Assembly (NCBI GenBank): GCA_004431415.1
Contig: QPMI01000265.1
Span: 24,738-88,737, forward strand
DNA: 64,000 nt
Origin: Cyanophora paradoxa CCMP329
Taxonomy: Eukaryota; Plantae; Glaucophyta
Direction of reading: 5' to 3'
Shown: one piece after another, positions 48,641 to 61,570 of the stretch
Position numbering within the stretch: position 1 is the first letter of the stretch
Layout: every line of letters begins with the position of its first letter
The notes under the pieces: model-generated
What the model was told of the DNA's origin: nothing
The model's database searches: none
Seen by the model: the letters and a program-made list of their open reading frames with translations, nothing else
Made by a program: the position numbers and the translations under genes

Positions 48641-49365
48641 TTAGTGGCCGATGCGGGCGTTCTTCAGCTCGTTGTTGGAGAGGATGGCCTTCAGACCAGC
48701 GGACGACTTCTCCAGCTGCTTGAGGCGCTCAATGCCTGCAGCGTCGGATGTAAGGACGGCATCGGCCAAGTGCGCATGGCATGCAACCAACGCACCGCTC
48801 ATTGCTACCCGCTCGCGGTTCTCCCGGCGGACTTCTGCGAGAACATCCTGGAGGTAGGGCTCCCTGCGGAGCACGTGCCAGGCATCAGCGCAGGCGGCGC
48901 TGGAGGGGCGTGGGAGCCCGGACCAGGGCTTCTGCATGGCCTGCGAAGCGGGGGCGCAAGTCATCTCATATCAACGCGCATGCGTGCATAGTGAAACAAA
49001 GAACCTGGATCTCGGACGGGAGGTACATCTTCTTGACAGACAGGTCGACAGCACGCTTGACGCGCTTGTTCCGGGCCTCGAGCACGTCAGCGGGCAGGCG
49101 CTTCAGCGCCTCAAGGACCTCCTCGTCCTCAATAAGAAGGTCCTCGTAACGCAGGCCATACTTCCTGCAGCGGCGGTGAGCCACAGTGCCGGCGCGGATC
49201 GCGGCGACTGTCCGCCGCGCACCGGAGGTCCTGCGGAGACGGAGCGGGTCAGCGGGTCCGCCAACCACGCAGGAGAGCACCAAAAGCTATGCGGACCTGC
49301 TCCATGCGGGCGCGGTAGCGCTTAGCGTAGGCCTGCCACAGCCCCGTCTTCGTCACTTTGCTCAT
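48641..49365 (-). CDS. QCR7: Cytochrome b-c1 complex subunit 7
   Basis: LRKYGLRYEDLL..DEEVLEALKRLP....ARNKRVKRAVDLSVKKMYLP...PYLQDVLAEVRRENRER; an upstream start is possible. Confidence 0.9.
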
Positions 49366-49789
49366 CACTGCAAGCGGGCGGCGCGAATCCAGTCATTACA
49401 TTGCGCAAAACCGAAGAAGAGACCAGCCAGCGATTCCGCGTGGCCGGCCGGCGAATCAGGGCACGTCGGCGGCGGTCTTCTATCCGTCTACAAAGACATC
49501 CCCAATGCATAGGGAGCGCACCCGAGTGCACGGCATCCTCGAGCGCGTAAAGGGCCGCCATCCTGTCGGCGCGAACTGTACCCCCGGCCCCGCGTCACGT
49601 CGGCGTTGTTGCCACTCCACTACGTACCCTTTTGCACCACGTAGCAGAATCGAGTTGGACGGGCCTATTACATGATTGCCGGGGCCCCGTGCCCAAATCC
49701 GCTTTGGGCACGTCGGGGCTAGGGCGCGTCGTGCCCAAAGGCCTGGGCACGGCGGGTAGAGCAGCGTCGTGCCCAAGTCGTGCCCCGCG

Positions 49790-52635
49790 ATGGCGGGAGA
49801 GCAGCCTGGCAGCGCGGCAGGCGGGGGCGTGCAGGCTCCAACTATGTGGTCGTTCTGTGTGTACTTGCATAGCGAAGTTGGCAATCCAGCGGAGTGCTTG
49901 CCGACGATGGGCAACATGGTCCAGCACCGCTCATACCGTCGGCGGAGCCCATATTCAGGAAGCTGGTAGACAGGAAGCTTCTTCGTCCGGAGATACAGCA
50001 GATAGATCAGCTGCGCTTCTGGCAGTGCTGGCGGGGAGCTACTGTGCGACTCTATCATGACGTGCGAGTCGTACTGCCGCGTGCAAGCAACGCCGATCGA
50101 CTGATCTGGACTCGGGCATGCGCAGGAGTTCGCCGTGGTGGTCGAGGGAGGGCCCGTTACCCTCATCGTCGCGCCGGCCAAAGTAGTGCAGCCCGACCTG
50201 GCGCACTACGGCCTGGTGCGCTAGCTAACGTGAACGATATCCCGCGCCTGATGTCTCCTGCAGGGCCTCCCACCGGCCGGCCCTGCAGCTCCCGCAGCGC
50301 TAGCAGCGGTAGCGCCTCGCGCCCCACGGCCGCATCCAGCGCGGGCAGCGCCGCCGGAGCGGTGATGAGGATGACGGGCTGGAGCAGTATGAGCGCTTCC
50401 TCAGTCTGGACACGGATGGCATCTTCGGCGGGATCAGCGCTGACCAAGCGAAAGACCAGGTACATGATCCGGGCACGATCCGGGCACGTACGGGGCACGT
50501 CTGAGCACGGGCCGTGCACGCAGATCTTTGGAAAGGGCGCGCGAGCGAACATCAAGAACCTGAACCGATTCCTTGCCGCCCCGTTTCGTCTGCACTACGG
50601 GGAAGCTGACGGCCTGAGCAAGGTGAGAGGACAGAACACGCTGGTCATTGCAGACATGGAAGACGCGTGAGTGGCTGCGTTCTTTTGGAAGCAGCACAAG
50701 AGCAGCGCAAACCTTGCCTCGCAGGTTGGCCGTCCTCCTGGACAGGACGGTGGAGACCTCAAGCATCCCAGCGAAGATCAAAGAGAAGTGCACGGAACGG
50801 ATGAAACAGCGGCTCCAGACCCTCAACCCGTACGAGAAGACCCGAGCACTGCTGGAGGTCAACAGGATCTACAGGACATGGACGATGATCATGTCAGTCG
50901 ACAACATCCCGTTCCTTCCGAAGTGCGCCCTTGCCGCTCTCTTTCTCTTTCTCTTTCTCCTCTTTCTCCCGCCATGGACGCTAAGCCTCGCCGCAGGCCT
51001 GACGTGGAGCCGCCATGGGAAACGAACCTGGCGACAGTGAAGGAGAAGGCGGCCAGGTCGGGCATAACACACCAGAGCCGGGTTCACGCTGCGAAGCGAA
51101 GAGACGACGAGAACTCCGATGGAGGAGGCGGCGCTGCAACCGAGCATCCGAAGAAGGCGACCAAGAAGGCGCCAGCGGAGAAGAAGGCCGCTACGGAGAA
51201 GACGAACCGGGCGCGGAAGCACGAGGAGGCGGAGGACGAGAACGCGGCGGAGGCCGCCGTGACCGGAGCACGTTTGGGCACGGCGCGGGCACATTTGGGC
51301 ACGACGCGGGCACGTCCACAGTCGTCGGGCACGGCTGGGGCACGTAATGGGGCACCACGTGCTGAGAAATCGGTGAGCTTTCATGAGGACGTGCTCGAGA
51401 CGCCCCACGCCCGCTGTCACATTCCAGACACTCATGCAAACCCGGCGCAGGCTACGGGTGGGCAGAACGCAGAGGACTCAGTGAAGAAGAAGAAGAAGAA
51501 GAAGAGGACGCCGGCGCCGAAGGACACTGAGGAAGAGCTGGAGACAGAGATTGAACCGCAACTGTCGAAGAAGCCCAGGGCAGCGAGCGTGAAGGAGCAC
51601 ACGTCGGCGTCGTCGTCGTCGAAGGTGGCTGCCCGCGCCGTCCAACGTGTGCATCTCTCCCCACCTGACGTTCACTGAAGGCAGCATCTGGCCCGGAGAA
51701 GAAGGCGGCGAAGGGAAAGGACCCGGAGCACTCAGGCAAGGCTCAGGAGCAATCTTCGCACAGGGGGCCCAAGCATGCGCCCTCGCGCGACGACGAAGCC
51801 AGCACTCAGGCTCCCCCGTGCGTTCCCGTGCTTGGGCACGGTCTGGGTACTATTTGGGTATGTCGCGTCCTTGGTCGTGCTGCACTCTCGTGCCCAAACG
51901 TGCCCCAATCGTGCCCCAACGTGCCCCATGGTTCTCCCGACGAAATCTGATTCCGGAGCGTCGCTGTTGCAGGCGAGAGAAGGGGAGGCACTACGACTTC
52001 AACACGATGGACCCTACAGGGTGCTTTCTTCGGTCCGCCGTGCCTTCTTTCTGCCCGACTGACATGTCAGACGCAGAAAAACGTGGCGGGATCGGTTCCC
52101 CCCTGTAGAGATCGTCCCAGCCTTGCGGGCAAGCCGGAGCCCAGAGGGCGACATTCTGTACATGATCGACGTGTACACCGGCCGGTACGGGGGCCCCGTC
52201 GACCTGGTCGACGATTCCCGCGGCACCACGCAGTCTCTCTTCATCTGCTGGACGGTCAGCTTGGATGGGTATGAGGACGACTGGGCATATGCCCCTGTCG
52301 TTCAGGGGGCAGAGATCACGACGCTCGAGTGCGAGTTCGATGCCGAGCACGCGGATTCCAAGGTGCTCAACTCCAAGAAAACACCTCCGGCGGTGAGAGC
52401 ACTGCTCCTCTTATCTCTCCTTTCATTTCTTAGCGAATCCCAGTTCAAGTACTTCCTGTGCATACGGGAGACGGTCAAGTCCAAGAGCACATACAAGCAG
52501 GGCCACATCTTCCCCAAGTGCAACAAGCACGGCGATCCGCCGTCGGGCTGCCTAGGGGTGTACGGGATCAAGCAGCTCATTCAGGACACCGCAAAGCTAG
52601 CTGCGGCCCAAAAAAAGGCGGCGGCGGCAAAGTAG
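49790..52635 (+). CDS. Spliced cargo gene(s) of unknown function inside the transposon
   Basis: Protein-like exons (IFRKLVDRKLLRPEIQQIDQLRFWQCW; YMIDVYTGRYGGPVDLVDD...FKYFLCIRE), a basic NLS-like KKKKKKKR and GT-AG introns; exact structure unresolved. Confidence 0.55.
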
Positions 52636-53254
52636 ATCCAGTGTCTATCTCCTAGTAGCAGTCCTAGTAGCTCTACTAGCATTGATAGTGTTGCTCTATT
52701 AGGGTTTTGCAGCGTATCTTCCTTAGAATTGGGTCGTGCACTGGTCGTGCCCGGCTCGTGCCCAAACATGCCCAAATGTGCCCCGTCATGCCCAAACCGA
52801 CTTGATCCTGAATTTAGCAGTGATTGACGTCGCGGAGCACGATTGCGCATTGAACTGCACATTTGCCATGTGAACTTAACAGTATTGATATTTTACAACG
52901 TTTTGATGAAGAAAGGCGATGCGAAGAACTTCAGCATGACATGTTCCGCGTCGCTCAGAAGTCTGACCATCGGACTCGCATCATGATGTGAAGCCAAGGG
53001 TCATGAACTCATGATGAGGCCTCGAAGACCTGAAGCAGTTCCGACCCGTCCGAGAGGCCGCACAAGTTGAATTTGAGAATGCTGAAGCCTTGTTTAACTC
53101 GTATTCATGAAGCTTCATGGTTCGCTCCCTCTTTACCGGTTTCTGCTACTTGCTCGTGCCCACGTCATGCCCAATCGTGCCCAAGTACGTGCCCAGACGA
53201 AGTTCGGACATGCTCAAGGAGGGCACGACTCGGAAACTCTTTCACAACGAAAGG

Positions 53255-53700
53255 CTATTCCAAAATCGATCGTAAACTGGCTGCACTACTTGGCATTAGA
53301 GGGCCCGCCTCAGCCTCAGGCTCGGCGGGGCCAGCCGCGGCCTCTGCCGCGGCAGCGGCCTCCTTCTCGGCGCTCTTCTGTACTTTCTTCCAAGGTTTCT
53401 GGATGCAAGAGCGGTTCTTGCACGCGTCCCTCCCCGACTTCTTGTGGCACTTTGACGAGCAGATGATGTCTTCGTACTTGCAAATGCACTTCTTGTTCGT
53501 GCAGCCAGTCGTGCAGTTGCAGATCTTGCTCGGCCTGTCGATTTCGATGGCGCACCAGTCAAAGAACGCTTTTCTGCCAGGCAAGACATGGCAGTCAGAG
53601 CGCTGAGAAAGAATGCTGGAGGAAGACGGACCTGAGGGTTACAGGTTCGGTGCTGGCGGCGGTGATGCTCTCGATGAGATGCTTGAACCCGGCAAAGCCG
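53255..53700 (-). pseudogene. C-terminal remnant of a Ginger2-type transposase
   Basis: KICNCTTGCTNKKCICKYEDIICSSKCH...CKN resembles the Cys-rich tail of Ginger2/KRBA2-like integrases. The DDE core is absent and the remnant abuts the TIR. Confidence 0.7.
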
Positions 53701-54117
53701 TCCAACTCGATTCTGCAATCATGTAATAGGCCCGTCCAACTCGATTCTGCTACGTGGTGCAAAAGGGTACGTAGTGGAGTGGCAACAGGCGTACCCGCCC
53801 GAGCTTCTTTTTGCGACTGTACATGTAGCGCGGCCTGGCGGCTCCTCGCACTCGAATGGCTCGAACGGCATGCATGTGATTGCCACGGTAAGCGATGAAA
53901 CTGATCAAAGGCTGCCATTGCGACGTCGACGTCGACGTGCATGCGGGCACACGCATCGCGGTGAGCTGTCCGTGGCCAAAGCCCTGAGGCAGGGATGTGG
54001 AGGATCCGGGGCCTGAATCAGGGGACCGGATCCGGGCTCCGGCCGGCGCCGCGGGAGGAAGCGCTAGCGGCGCGCGCGACCACGCGCGCGCGGGGCGCGC
54101 GGGGCGGGGCGGGGCGG

Positions 54118-57100
54118 TCAGGCGAGGGAGCGGACGAAGGCGGAGACGTCGAACTCCTCGTACTGTGCCTCGTCGGCGAGCTCCTCGAGGCCGGCCAGCA
54201 CGGCCGCGACCCCCTTGCCCCCCGCGAGGGCGCCCCGCGGGCCGGCGGCCTCCCCCTCGGGGGCGAGGGAGAGGAGGTCGACGACGTTGCCCGTGTCCAT
54301 GCTCTTCATCGACGCGTTCTCCGCGTTCACGACGGCGTTCGCCACGCCCACCTTGAACTGCTGCAGCGACATGATCCGCTCCTCCAGGGTGCGCCGCGTG
54401 ACGAGGCGGTAGACGTTGACGACGCGGCGCTGCCCGATGCGGTGCGCCCGGTCCATCGCCTGCAGGTCCTTCATCGGGTTCCAGTCGTGCTCCTGCCCGC
54501 CCCGCCGCGCGTGAGCTGCGCCGGGGCGGGGGGGCGGGGGCGGCGGACGAGGAAGATGACGACGTCGGCGGCGGTGAGGTTGAGGCCGAGGCCGCCGACG
54601 TGCGTGGTGAGGAGCAGGCAGTCGATGCTCGCGTCCGCGTTGAAGCGCTCCACCACCGCCTGCCGCCGCCCCGCCTCCACCGACCCTGCCCCCGCCCCGC
54701 TCACGCCCCGCCGCCCCCGCGCGGGGCCGGCCGCCGGCGCACCGTCGAGGCGGAGGAAGGTGACGGAGGGCATGTGCCGCCGGAAGAGGTCCTGCGCCCC
54801 GCTCGTCCCCCGGCCGGCGGGGCGGGCAGGGGGGGGGGGGGGGGGGGGGGGGGGGGCGGGCCTCCTCGACGCAGTCGAGCATGGACTTGAGCTGCGCGAA
54901 GATGAGGACGCGGTGCTGCCCGGGGGCGCCCTCCGCCCCCTGCCATCCGCCTCCTCGCCGCCGCCGCCGCCGCCGATGCCGCACTCGGTGAGGAGGTCGC
55001 GGAGCGCGGCGAGCTTGGGTGCGTGGGCGAGGTCGTGCAGGTCGGAGCCAGCGCGCGCCAGCTCCGCCTCCAGCGCCCCCCGCCGCGGGTGGCCCTCCAA
55101 CGCGAGCCGCGGGTGGCTGCACACCTTCCGCAGGTACTGCAGCGCCTGCAGCGCGCCCCGCCGGCCCCCGCGCGGGCCTCGCCGGCGGCGAGCTGGGCGA
55201 TGGCGGCCTCGACGCCGCCGCGGGCGGCCGAGTGGGAGAACTCCTCGTAGAGGCGGGCCTGCAGGGGCGAGAGCTCGCAGTGGCGGTCCTGGATGATCTT
55301 CGGGGGCAGGTCGCGGAGGACTGCGGGGCGTCGGGCGGGGCGGCGGGGGCGGGGCGGGCGGGCGGCACCGTCCTCCTTCATACGGCGGAGGACGAAGGGG
55401 AGGACCTGCTTGTGGAGGGCCTCCATCGCCAGCGCCCCCGCCTCCCGCTCCGCCCCGCTGCACTTCCCGCCCCGCGCCGCCAGGATCGGCTTCCTGCGCC
55501 CGCCTCGCGCCCGGGGGAGCGGGGCGGGGCGGGGGCGGGGGGCGGGCCCGTAGGCGGCGTGGAAGGCGCGCTCGGAGCCGAGGAAGCCGGGCATGAGGAA
55601 GTCGAAGAGGGACCAGAGCTCGTGCGCGCTGTTCTGGATGGGGGTCCCCGAGAGCAGCAGCCGGTGCGCCGCCGGCAGGCCCTTCACCGCCCGCGCCACC
55701 TTGCTCTGCCCCGCCCCTCAGGCCCCCGCGGCGGGGCGGGGCGGGGCGGGGGGGGCGGGGCGGGGCGGGCCTTGGGGTTCTTGATGACGTGGCCCTCGTC
55801 GAGGACGAGGTAGGACCACGCGAGGCGCGCCAGCGCCTCCCCGTCCCCCCGCACCGCCTGCGCCCCGCTCGCCCCCCGCCAGGCCCGGCCCGGCCAGGCG
55901 CAGGGCGGGGCGGGCCTCGTAGCTGGTGACGACGAGGCCGGTGTGGCGGGCGGTGCGGAGCTCCTCGAGGACGCGCTGCCGCGCCCCGGGCGTCCCCGCG
56001 TACGACACCGCCGTCAGCGCCTCCGCCTGCGCTCCGCCCCGCTCGCGCCGCCCGGGGCCCGGCGCGGCGCGGGGCGGGGCGGACTGGGAGGAAGCGGTGG
56101 CACTCGTTGACCCAGTGGTCGACGAGGGTGGCGGGGCAGACGACAAGGGAGGGGAGCTCGCGGGCCCCCTCCCGCCGCAGCCGCGCGTGGTGGCTCCCCA
56201 CCATGCACAGCGTCTGCAGCGTCTTCCCCAGGCCCATGTCTGCCCCCGCGTCAGCGGCGGGGGCGGGGCGGGGCGGGGGCGGGGGCGGGCGGGCCGTCGC
56301 AGAGGGCGCCGTGGAGGTGGAAGCGGTTGAGGAAGGCCATCCAGGAGAGGCCGTCGCGCTGGTAGGGGCGCAGCTCCGCCCGCACCGCCACCACCGGCTC
56401 GAACGGCTCCACCTTCGACCCGTCGAAGAGCTGCTCCAGGAAGCGCCCCTCCCGCTCCCGCGCCGCCCGCAGGTGCCCCGGCACGCCCTCTGGCAGCGGG
56501 GCCCCCTCCTGCGGGGCGGTGAGCGGGGCGGGGGCCGGCGGGGAGGAGGCGCGCCTGGAGGGGCACGAGGCGGACGAGGGCGGCGAAGCAGCGCGCCGCC
56601 GAGGAGCGCACCGCCTCCAGCGGGTCCGACATGCGCGACAGGCATGGCACCACCTGCGGGCCCTCAGGCCCCCGCCGGGCGCCCCCGGGGCGGGCGGGGG
56701 CGCACGAAGAAGGCGGCGTAGGGGGCGATGCGGAAGCCCATCGCCTCGATCACGTCTGCGGCGCGTCACGCGCGCAGCGGCGCCGGCGGGGGGGCGCCTA
56801 CGGGCGACGGCCTCCGCGGCCCGAGGCGCGCCGGCGGCTCGTCGGCGCGCAGGAGGAGCGGGAGGACGGCCTCGACGACGGCGCAGACGGCCGCCGGGCC
56901 GCAGTGCGCGCAGCAGGCGGCGGCGGCGCGGGCGGCCATCGCGCGTGCCCCGCGTGGGGCGAGCGGAGGGCGGCGACGAGGCCCGGGAAGGCCTCGTCGA
57001 GGGCGCGGCGCTGGACGGCGGGGTGCAGCGCCGGCGCCAGCGCCGCCAGCACGTGCAGCGCCTCCAGCAGCGCCTGTCCCGCCTCTGGCGCCGCCCGCCG

Positions 57101-57310
57101 GGCCCCACGCTCGGCCCGCCGGCGCCGCGCAGGGGCTGCAGGGCGGCCCAGAGGGCGGGGGCGGCTTCGGGAGGGCCGCCCCGGAGCGGCGGGCGACGGC
57201 GCGCAGGGCCGCCTCGGCGCCCTCGCGCGCCCGCGCGGCGGCGGGGTCGGCGGGGAGGGACCCCGCCGCCCCCTCGCCCTCCTCGATCAGCCCGAGGCCG
57301 GCAACCTCCC

Positions 57311-57341
<31 letters not shown>

Positions 57342-60300
57342 GCCCCGGCCCCGCCCCGCCTTCTTCTTCGTCCCGCCCGCCTCCGCCGCGGGGGCGGCCC
57401 GCGAAGCCGCCCGCCGCGCGCTCGGCGGAGAGGGCGGCGTCTGGGGCGGGGTCAGAGGGGCCGGCGGGGCGGGGCGGGCCGGGCCGGGCCGGGGACGGCG
57501 GCGCGGTCGGCGGTGGCGTCGCGGAGGAGGACGCGGAGGAGCTTCCCGTTGGGGCACGGCCGCCGCTCCGCGCACGCCGCCAGCAGCGCCGCCACCGCCC
57601 CCGCCGCCCGCTCCCGCAGCGCCCCTCCTCCTCCCGCTGCCCCCGTCGCCCGCCGCCGCGCAGGGGCCGGCGGGGCGGGGCCGCACGCGGAGGGCCCCGA
57701 GGAGGGCGTGGATGACGGGGTTGAGCTTCGCCGGCAGCTGCCCCGCCGCCACCGCCGCCTCCGCCGCCGCCCCGCGACCGCCGTCTGCGCCGCCTCGCGC
57801 GCCGCCTGCCGGGCCGGCTCGGGCGGGGCCGGCGGGCGGGGCGGGGCGGCGCACGCGGAGGGCGGCGGCGGAGGCGAGCACGCGCTGCGCGGCAGCGCGG
57901 CCGGCGTCGGCCTCGGGCCCCTTCCCGCGGGGCAGAGCTCCCCCAGCGCCCGCTCCGCCTGCCGCCGCCGTCAGCGCCGCCGTCCGTCCGGCGCGCGGCG
58001 GCGGCGGACCAGCTTTTCGGCGGCGTCGGGCGCGAGGGGGCCGCCGGCGCCGAGGAGCGCGTCGGGGCCCCCGCGCGGCGCAGCGCCGCGACGAGCGCCG
58101 CGGCGTCGCCTGCGCGCGTGAGGCGGCGCGGCGGGGCCGGGGCGCGGGGCCGCACCGCGCAGCTGCCCACGAGGGGCGCCAGCTCCGCCAGCGCCTCCCC
58201 GCGGGGTCCCGCCTGCCGCCGCCTGAGCCCGGGGCCGGCAGCGCGCGAGGGGCGCCCGCACCCGCCCTCGGCGCCCTCGAGGATGGCGTGCAGGCGGGCG
58301 AGGAGCTGCCCCGCCAGCGAGGCCGCCCCCTCCTGCCCCGGGCCTCAGCGCGGGGCCGCTGCGCAAGGCGGCGGGGCGCGCGGCGCACGGGGCCCGGGAG
58401 GCGAGGGCGGGGGCGTGGGCGAGGACGAGGGCGGCGAGGTGGCGCCCCGAGCCCGGGGCCCCCGAGAGCATCTCCAGCAGCGCCCGCTGCCACGCCCCCG
58501 CTCCTGCCCCGCCTCAGGCCCCCGCCCGCGGCGCGGCGCGGGTAGCGGGGCGCGCCTGGGCGGGAGGGCGGTGGCGAGGCGGGCGAGGGCGGGGGCGGCG
58601 GCGAGGCGCAGCCGAACGGCCGCCGCCCGGTCCTCGATCACCCGCGCCGCTGCCGCCGGCGCCGGGCCCAGAGAGCCCTGCCCCTTGTGCCCGTGGCCCC
58701 GCGCCGCCTCGGGAGCCGGCGGCTGCGGCGGGGTGAGCGGATGGAGACGGGGCGGGGGCGCGGGGCGCGCACGGGAGGAGGAGGGCCGGGGGACGGGGCA
58801 GGCCGGGGGCGTGGCGGCGAGGGGCAGGAGGGTCGCAGCGAGGGCGGCGGCGAGGCCCGGCAGCTCGGGGGCCCCGCCGCGAGCAGCGCCTCCCACGCCG
58901 CCGCCGCCGCCGCCGCCACCTCCTGCGGGGCGGTGAGGCGGTGCGGGGCCGGCGTGGCGGGGACACGCACGGGGGCGCCGGGGAAGAGGAGGGCCTGGAA
59001 GACGTGCCGCAGGGCGGCGGCGAGGGCGGGGGCCGGCAGGCGGCCGGCCCCGAGGCCGACACGAGGCGCGCGGCGGTGCCGAGGACGGCGGCGCGCACGC
59101 CGGCCGACTGGTGCTCCACGTACACCCACAGCCGCGGCACCTGCGCCCCGTCACGGCGGGCGCGGCGGGAGGCAGTGGGGTCTCCGCACGAGGTCGCGGG
59201 GCGGGGGCAGCTCGCGGGAGGAGGCCGCCTGGGGCCCGCCGGCGCCGGCGGCGTAGAGGGCGGCTGCGGGGCGTGAGGGGGCGGGCGCGGGGCGGGGCCG
59301 GGCCGGGGCGGGCCGAGGGCGAGGAGGAGGGGCCGCGTGGAGGGCGAGAGGTCGTCGGCGTCGGCGAGGGCGCCCCACAGGGCCCCGCCGCCCCGCCAGC
59401 CCCGCCCCCGCCGCCCCGCCGCCCGCGCCGGCCCCGCGGCGAGGAGGCCCTCCGCCGCCGCCGCCCGCACCTCGTCGTCGGCGTCCTGCAGCCTGCGCGC
59501 CGCAGCGGGCTCGGCATGGGGGGCGGGGTGGGGGGCGGGGCGGGGCGGGCCCGCGGAGGAGGACGGGGGCGACGCGGGGGAGGGCGGCGGGGGCGGCGTC
59601 CTCGCGGGCGGCGAGGAGGTACTTGAGGCCGAGGAGCCCCGCGTGGCGCTGCTCCCACAGCGGCCGCCCCGCCAGCGCCGCCAGCGCCCCCAGCAGCGCC
59701 TGCAGCTCCCCGCCCCGCGTGCCGCGCCAGCGCCCCAGCGCCTGCGCCGCCGTCTCCCGCACCGGCGCCACCGCCTGCCCGCCCTCAGCCGCCCCGCCGC
59801 GGCGGGCGAGCGGGCGGGCGGGCGGGGCGCCTGGTCGGAGCCGTAGTCGGCGAAGCGGTCGAGGGCGAGCACGGCGAGGAGCCCCGCGCCGCACTCCGCC
59901 ACCCGCCCTGCCCCGCGTCGGCGGGGGCGGCGGGGGCGGGGCGGGCGGGGCACCGGGGCGGGGGCGCGGGCCTTGAAGAGCTCGCGGAGGCCGATGGCGG
60001 CCCGTGGCGCGCCTCCCAGCCGGCGCTGCGCGGGGTCGGGGTCGGGGCGCGGGGTGGAGCCCGGGGCGGGGCCGGCACTCGAAGAGGCGCCCCGCGAGCA
60101 GCTCCGCGAGCTCCTCCAGCGGCCCCTCCTCGTCCCCCTCCCCCGCCCCGCCCCCGCCCTCCGCCCCGCCCGGCTCGGCCTCGGGGCCGGGGCCGGCGGC
60201 CGAGGGGAGGGAGGGGAGGGAGGGGGAGCTGGTCATGCCGCCCCCCTCGGCCTTGAGCAGCCGCATGCGCTTGCTCGCCGGCGGGCCCCCCGCGGAGGAG

Positions 60301-61403
60301 ACCTCCGGCGCCGACGAGACGCGCCGCATCGCCGCGCCCCCGCCCCCGCCGGCGAGCTGCGCGACGCGCTGCGGCACCCCTTCCCCTGCTCCTTCCCCGC
60401 CTGCCGCGCCTTCCGCTTCGCCCGGTTCCGCTCCCGCGCGCTCATCCCTCCAGCTCCGCCGCCGACGGGGCCGCCGCCGCCCTGCGGGCCGCCTCGGGCC
60501 CCGCGGCGGGGGCCGGGGGCGGGCGGGCCGGGGCGGGGCGCACGGGGCGGGGCCCGGGGCGAGGGCCATGTCCTCGTCGTCCACCAGGTCGTCGAACACC
60601 TCTGCGCGCCCCGTCGCCCCCGCCCCGCCCGCCCCGCCCCGCCCCCGCACCGCCGAGGGCCGCCGCGGCGCCGGCGGGGGCCTTGTCCGCCTCGACGAGC
60701 CCGATGCGGCCGAGGAGGGCCCGCCGCAGGGCCGCCGCCCGCTCCCGCCGCCCCGCCTCGCTCACGTCCCCCACCTCGTCGTACTCCTGCCGCCGCCTCA
60801 GCGCGGCGCGCCGGCCCCGCGGCGGGCGGGCGCGCCTGGCCTCCGGAAGCGAGCAGCGCCTGCCCATGCTCGAAGACGTGGTTCAGGTCAAAGCCCGCGA
60901 AGCGCAGGACTCCGTCCCCCGCTGCGCCCGCCTCGCTTCTCCCGCTGCCTTCCTCTGCCGCCCCCCGCCATCGCCGGCGGTGGGGGTCAATCGCGGCGGA
61001 TCGGCGGGCGGCACGCACGCTTCACTGGTGGCGGAGGGGGCGGCGCCGCGCGGACGATGGCCTCGATGGCCTGGCCGGCCGCGACGCGCGCGTCCCAGCT
61101 CTTTTTAAAGAGGAAGGGCTCGACCTGCAGGGCGGCCCAGCGCGTGAGCCGCTCTCCGGAATGAGCGCGTGGAGGCGTACACGGCGCAGCAAGCCCCGCA
61201 GGTCGTCCGGCCGCTGCTTCTGCAGCTCGCCAATCTGCTCAGCGGCGCTGCGGCGCGCCTCCGGCGTAGATCCGCCTGCGCGACGTCATTCTCGCACAAC
61301 GTCCGCGATCCTCGCGCAGCAGGCACGCACTCTCAAGCAGGATGCACAGGCGATCGAGTCGGGTCTGACCCTGCCCCTGCTGCGGCCCGCCGACGGTCGC
61401 CAT
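54118..61403 (-). CDS. BTAF1: TBP-associated SNF2 ATPase BTAF1/Mot1 (spliced)
   Basis: [114 protein letters not shown]. Confidence 0.96.
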
Positions 61404-61570
61404 GGTGCCTTGTAGGCAACTTCCAAGTGCCGAGGGGCCGCTGGGAGCCTGATCAAGGTGTTGAAGGTGGAACAAGGTGCGCTGGGGGGGATACCGCGAG
61501 CGAGCCCGCTTCGTTGGCAGCTTGCTTGGCGTATCGTAGAGCAGCCGCAGCGCGACCGGAGCGCGCTAAC

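Larger units (their letters stand above)
49607..53787. mobile_element. Non-autonomous Ginger2/TDD-like DNA transposon
   Basis: Perfect 73-bp TIRs (49607-49679 and 53715-53787) with TGT...ACA ends. 5-bp TSD GGCGT (49602-49606 and 53788-53792). Cys-rich transposase tail inside. Confidence 0.88.

Noticed and set aside
52760-53215. p53-type half sites (AAACATGCCC, GGACATGCTC)
   Set aside because: These are variants of the element's CGTGCCC motif, and there is no evidence of p53 in this lineage
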